Below, piece after piece: positions 25,726-28,392 of a stretch of 28,392 bases of DNA. A model generated the notes under the pieces. The model was not told where the DNA came from. It saw only the letters and a program-made list of their open reading frames with translations, and ran no database searches. The position numbers and the translations under genes are program-made. The stretch's first letter is position 1. Each line of letters starts with the position of its first letter. The stretch comes from a virus. Taxonomy: Duplodnaviria > Caudoviricetes. The stretch is taken from positions 1-28,392 of IMG/VR virus record IMGVR_UViG_3300037041_000591. One strand, given 5' to 3'.

Positions 25726-26681
25726 AATCAATTATAAAAATGGAAAACGAGGAAACAATCGAAACCGCTCAAGTCGTATCGGCGGACGTAATTTATCAAC
25801 AAGATAAAGCCGCAATCGATATGCAAATTACAACCGCGAAAACTTATCCGCGATCATTAAAGAGATCAACCGAGAACGCAATCGCGATCGTTACTCTTGA
25901 CAAAGAGACCGCCGCAACTTGTACTTATTCCGTCCCAAGAGGAGGAAAGGCGATAACGGGGCCGTCCGTACATTTGGCGAAAATACTCGCGCAAGTTTGG
26001 GGAAATATGAGAGTCGAGGCGAAAGTTATCTCGATCGAGGACAAAACGGTTACGTCTCAAGCGATCGCGTTCGACCTTGAGAATAATCTCGCGATCAAGG
26101 TCGAGGTTAAACGTTCGATAATGACAAAGTCCGGTCGAATGTCGGACGATATGATCGTCGTTACTGGAAACGCGGCGAACTCGATCGCTTTACGAAACGC
26201 CGTCCTCTCGGTTATACCCAAGGCCGTTGTCGATAAAGTTTACAACGAGGCAAAGAGAACAATTACCGGAGACCTTTCCGACGAAACGAAGTTAATCGCC
26301 GGACGAAAAAAAGTAATCGACTCGTTAAAAGAGGCGTACTCGGTAACGGAAAAAGAAATCCTCGGCGCAATCGGTAAAGCCTCAACAACTCATTTAACTG
26401 GAGACGATCTCGTCGTTTTAATTGGTATCGGTCAAGCGATTAAGGACGGAGATACGAGCGTCGATCAAGCGTTCAAAGGAAAACAAACCTCGTCGGCTCC
26501 GATCGTTGTTTCGGAGGAGGAAATTAATCGACTCGCTCAACTTGCGGTTAACGAAATCGGAGACATAAAAAACGATGAGGAGTTAAACGTTTACGTCGAA
26601 AAATTCCGAGAACTTGTAAACTTGCAATCGTTTAAAACAATGGTCGGAGCGAAACGAAAAGAGTTGCAAAAGTCGAATTAA
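25713..26681 (+). CDS. Putative ssDNA-annealing protein / recombinase (alternative start 25740)
   Basis: QITTAKTYPR...YSVPRGGKAITGPSVHLA..LAQVWGN motif, directly upstream of a RecE-like exonuclease. Function inferred from context. Confidence 0.5.
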   Translation: METLKSIIKMENEETIETAQVVSADVIYQQDKAAIDMQITTAKTYPRSLKRSTENAIAIVTLDKETAATCTYSVPRGGKAITGPSVHLAKILAQVWGNMRVEAKVISIEDKTVTSQAIAFDLENNLAIKVEVKRSIMTKSGRMSDDMIVVTGNAANSIALRNAVLSVIPKAVVDKVYNEAKRTITGDLSDETKLIAGRKKVIDSLKEAYSVTEKEILGAIGKASTTHLTGDDLVVLIGIGQAIKDGDTSVDQAFKGKQTSSAPIVVSEEEINRLAQLAVNEIGDIKNDEELNVYVEKFRELVNLQSFKTMVGAKRKELQKSN

Positions 26682-26698
26682 AAAAATAACTTGAGCAA

Positions 26699-27505
26699 AT
26701 GGAAACGCAAACAAGGAAAACAAAAATCGACGAACTCGTTTCAAGGTTGTTAAATGGGGAGGAGCCTTTGAGTTACTCCTCCATTTCAAACTTTGCCGAG
26801 TCGCCAAAACATTTTATTGAGTACAAACTCAAGGAAAAGAAATCGACCGACGCAATGATTTACGGATCGGTTGTTCATTGTCTCGTATTAGAGGAGCAAA
26901 ATTTCGAGAAGCGTTACGCCGTCGCGCCGACTTGCGATCGCCGGACAACGATCGGAAAAAATATTTATTCCGCGTTTATTGACGAGGCCCAAGGTCGCGA
27001 GGTTATATCTCAAGAGGTTTATTCTCAAGCGTTGGAAACAAAACGAGCGATCCGATCAAACTTTCCGGCGAATAATCTTTTAAAGCAAGACGGACAAAAT
27101 GAGATCGCCGCAACGTGGGAATATTTAAACTTTAAATTTCGCGGATTTATCGACAAGTACAAGGCCGGAAAATTTATCCTCGATCTAAAAACTTGCGCGG
27201 ACGCGTCGCCTCGAAAGTTTCAAAGAGATATAATCGCGTTCGATTATCATTTACAAGCGGCTATGTATTTAACCGCGATCGGAGAGGACGTCCCTTATTA
27301 TTTAATTGCGGCGGATAAATCCGGCGGAGTATCGGTTCACTTACTTGACGAGCGTTTAATTAATCTCGGTCGAGAGCGATACGCCTTTTTAATGGAAAAC
27401 CTCAACCGTTGTATTTTACTCGACGCGTTTAATCGGAGTTTCGATTTCTATTCCGATCGAGGAGACGGAATTTTCGTCGCCGAAAAACCCGCTTACCTTT
27501 ATTAA
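26699..27505 (+). CDS. PD-(D/E)XK exonuclease (Exo VIII / DUF3799-like)
   Basis: LSYSSI...SPKHF, GSVVHCLVLE, RGFID...ILDLKT and YHLQAAMY motifs. Confidence 0.85.
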   Translation: METQTRKTKIDELVSRLLNGEEPLSYSSISNFAESPKHFIEYKLKEKKSTDAMIYGSVVHCLVLEEQNFEKRYAVAPTCDRRTTIGKNIYSAFIDEAQGREVISQEVYSQALETKRAIRSNFPANNLLKQDGQNEIAATWEYLNFKFRGFIDKYKAGKFILDLKTCADASPRKFQRDIIAFDYHLQAAMYLTAIGEDVPYYLIAADKSGGVSVHLLDERLINLGRERYAFLMENLNRCILLDAFNRSFDFYSDRGDGIFVAEKPAYLY

Positions 27506-27552
27506 TGTTAATAAAAAACAACGGTTGACGACGGTCGTTAAATAAAAAATAA

Positions 27553-27576
27553 TAGATTTGTATAATTTTAATTTAT
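27553..27576 (+). promoter_or_regulatory. -7 box TAGATTTG with conserved downstream leader
   Basis: TAGATTTGTATAATTTTAATTTAT in the intergenic gap before ATG 27583. Confidence 0.65.
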
Positions 27577-27582
27577 AACTAA

Positions 27583-28026
27583 ATGGAAACAAACGAAACA
27601 AACCAAAACAAGGAGATGAACGTCGTCCCTTTTAAAAACGCTCCGGTTGAAAAATTGGAACGCGTCGAACTTGCGATCCCTAATATTGGATTGATTATAA
27701 ATTTTGTCGACGAGAATTATCCGGCGATTAAATTACGACTTGTAAAAAACTACAAAGAGGCGAGAGAGTCGTTTCCGAATTGGTTTAACTTTAACGTCGA
27801 TATTCGTTACAACGCGAAAGGTTGCAACTTTATTTTAATCGTTCATTTTCAAGTCGCTTTACAAGATAAAGCGAGGCCCGAGTTTTTTAAATCTAATACG
27901 CTCGATATTGAGGGAGTAACTGGAGACTCGGTCGAGGATATAATCGAAAAGTTAAACGATAAATATTTAATAAATGTCGATCACAAACCGGAGTCAAATA
28001 CGGACGGACAAGACGACAACGATTAA
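27583..28026 (+). CDS. Hypothetical protein
   Basis: 147-aa ORF downstream of a promoter box. Confidence 0.75.
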   Translation: METNETNQNKEMNVVPFKNAPVEKLERVELAIPNIGLIINFVDENYPAIKLRLVKNYKEARESFPNWFNFNVDIRYNAKGCNFILIVHFQVALQDKARPEFFKSNTLDIEGVTGDSVEDIIEKLNDKYLINVDHKPESNTDGQDDND

Positions 28027-28330
28027 GATTGTCGAAAGCCTCCTCGAGTCTCGCGATTACTTGCGGGACGACGACGAGAGACTTGTCGCGAATACTCTTT
28101 ATCAATTTATAAAGGACTCCGGTAAATCGCCGGATCAAATGTCCGCAAGTGAATTATTAAAAGAGTATTCTCTCGGAAACTTACCAACGGCGGACTATAT
28201 TACGAGAGTCCGCCGTAAATTACAAGAGGAAAACCCGCTCCTCCGAGGCTCTCGATATAAAGAGAGACAACTCAAGAGCGGAAACGTTAAGGCCGAAATA
28301 AATTTTAACGCTCCTCAAGTAACTTTTTAA
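27974..28330 (+). CDS. Conserved phage hypothetical protein
   Basis: LRDDD..L and ITRVRRKLQEENPLLRG motifs. On the circle it precedes the initiator gene. Confidence 0.75.
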   Translation: MSITNRSQIRTDKTTTIKIVESLLESRDYLRDDDERLVANTLYQFIKDSGKSPDQMSASELLKEYSLGNLPTADYITRVRRKLQEENPLLRGSRYKERQLKSGNVKAEINFNAPQVTF

Positions 28331-28392
28331 ACTCGTGGATCGGATTACATTACTTTGAAAAGATAATCGACGACGTTAAAAACTAAAATAAT
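28266..28392. repeat. Terminal direct repeat, copy 2
   Basis: Identical to bases 1-127. Confidence 0.95.

Noticed and set aside
139-28138. The many - strand and alternate-frame ORFs in the track (e.g. 16714-17238, 14284-14625, 1023-1436, 14949-15149)
   Set aside because: They are shadows of well-supported genes and lack leaders or protein-like motifs. The 14949-15149 ORF is the antisense of the RHH gene plus the repeat.

Overview
The window is an apparently complete, circularly permuted tailed-phage genome. Bases 1-127 are identical to 28266-28392, so the unit length is about 28,265 bp. It is siphovirus-like and most likely infects a Bacteroidota host, judged by TAnnTTTG promoter boxes, A-rich leaders without Shine-Dalgarno sequences, and Bacteroidota-type structural proteins. 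Almost all genes are on the + strand, in this order: replication initiator and DnaC-like loader, small early genes including an orphan PD-(D/E)XK nuclease, terS/terL, a tail operon (frameshifted chaperone, terminator, completion protein, tail tip, tape measure), a separate head operon (Clp protease/scaffold, capsid, tail tube, portal, adaptor, fibre), a lysis cassette, and an early/recombination region. I saw no integrase, polymerase, methyltransferase or tRNA. Highlights: (1) a 52-aa ribbon-helix-helix gene missed by the ORF track is the only - strand gene, and a TTTGGTACT motif has its first G exactly 47 nt before the start codon of both structural operons; (2) an extreme genome-wide word bias (CAG/CTG nearly absent; GATC, TCGA, CCGG, CCTC and GACG enriched) in which depleted and enriched words often differ by one T/C transition; (3) a -1 frameshift product missing from the ORF track; (4) Ig-like and CBM-like domains grafted onto neck proteins. 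All product calls come from motif recognition by eye, not from database searches.
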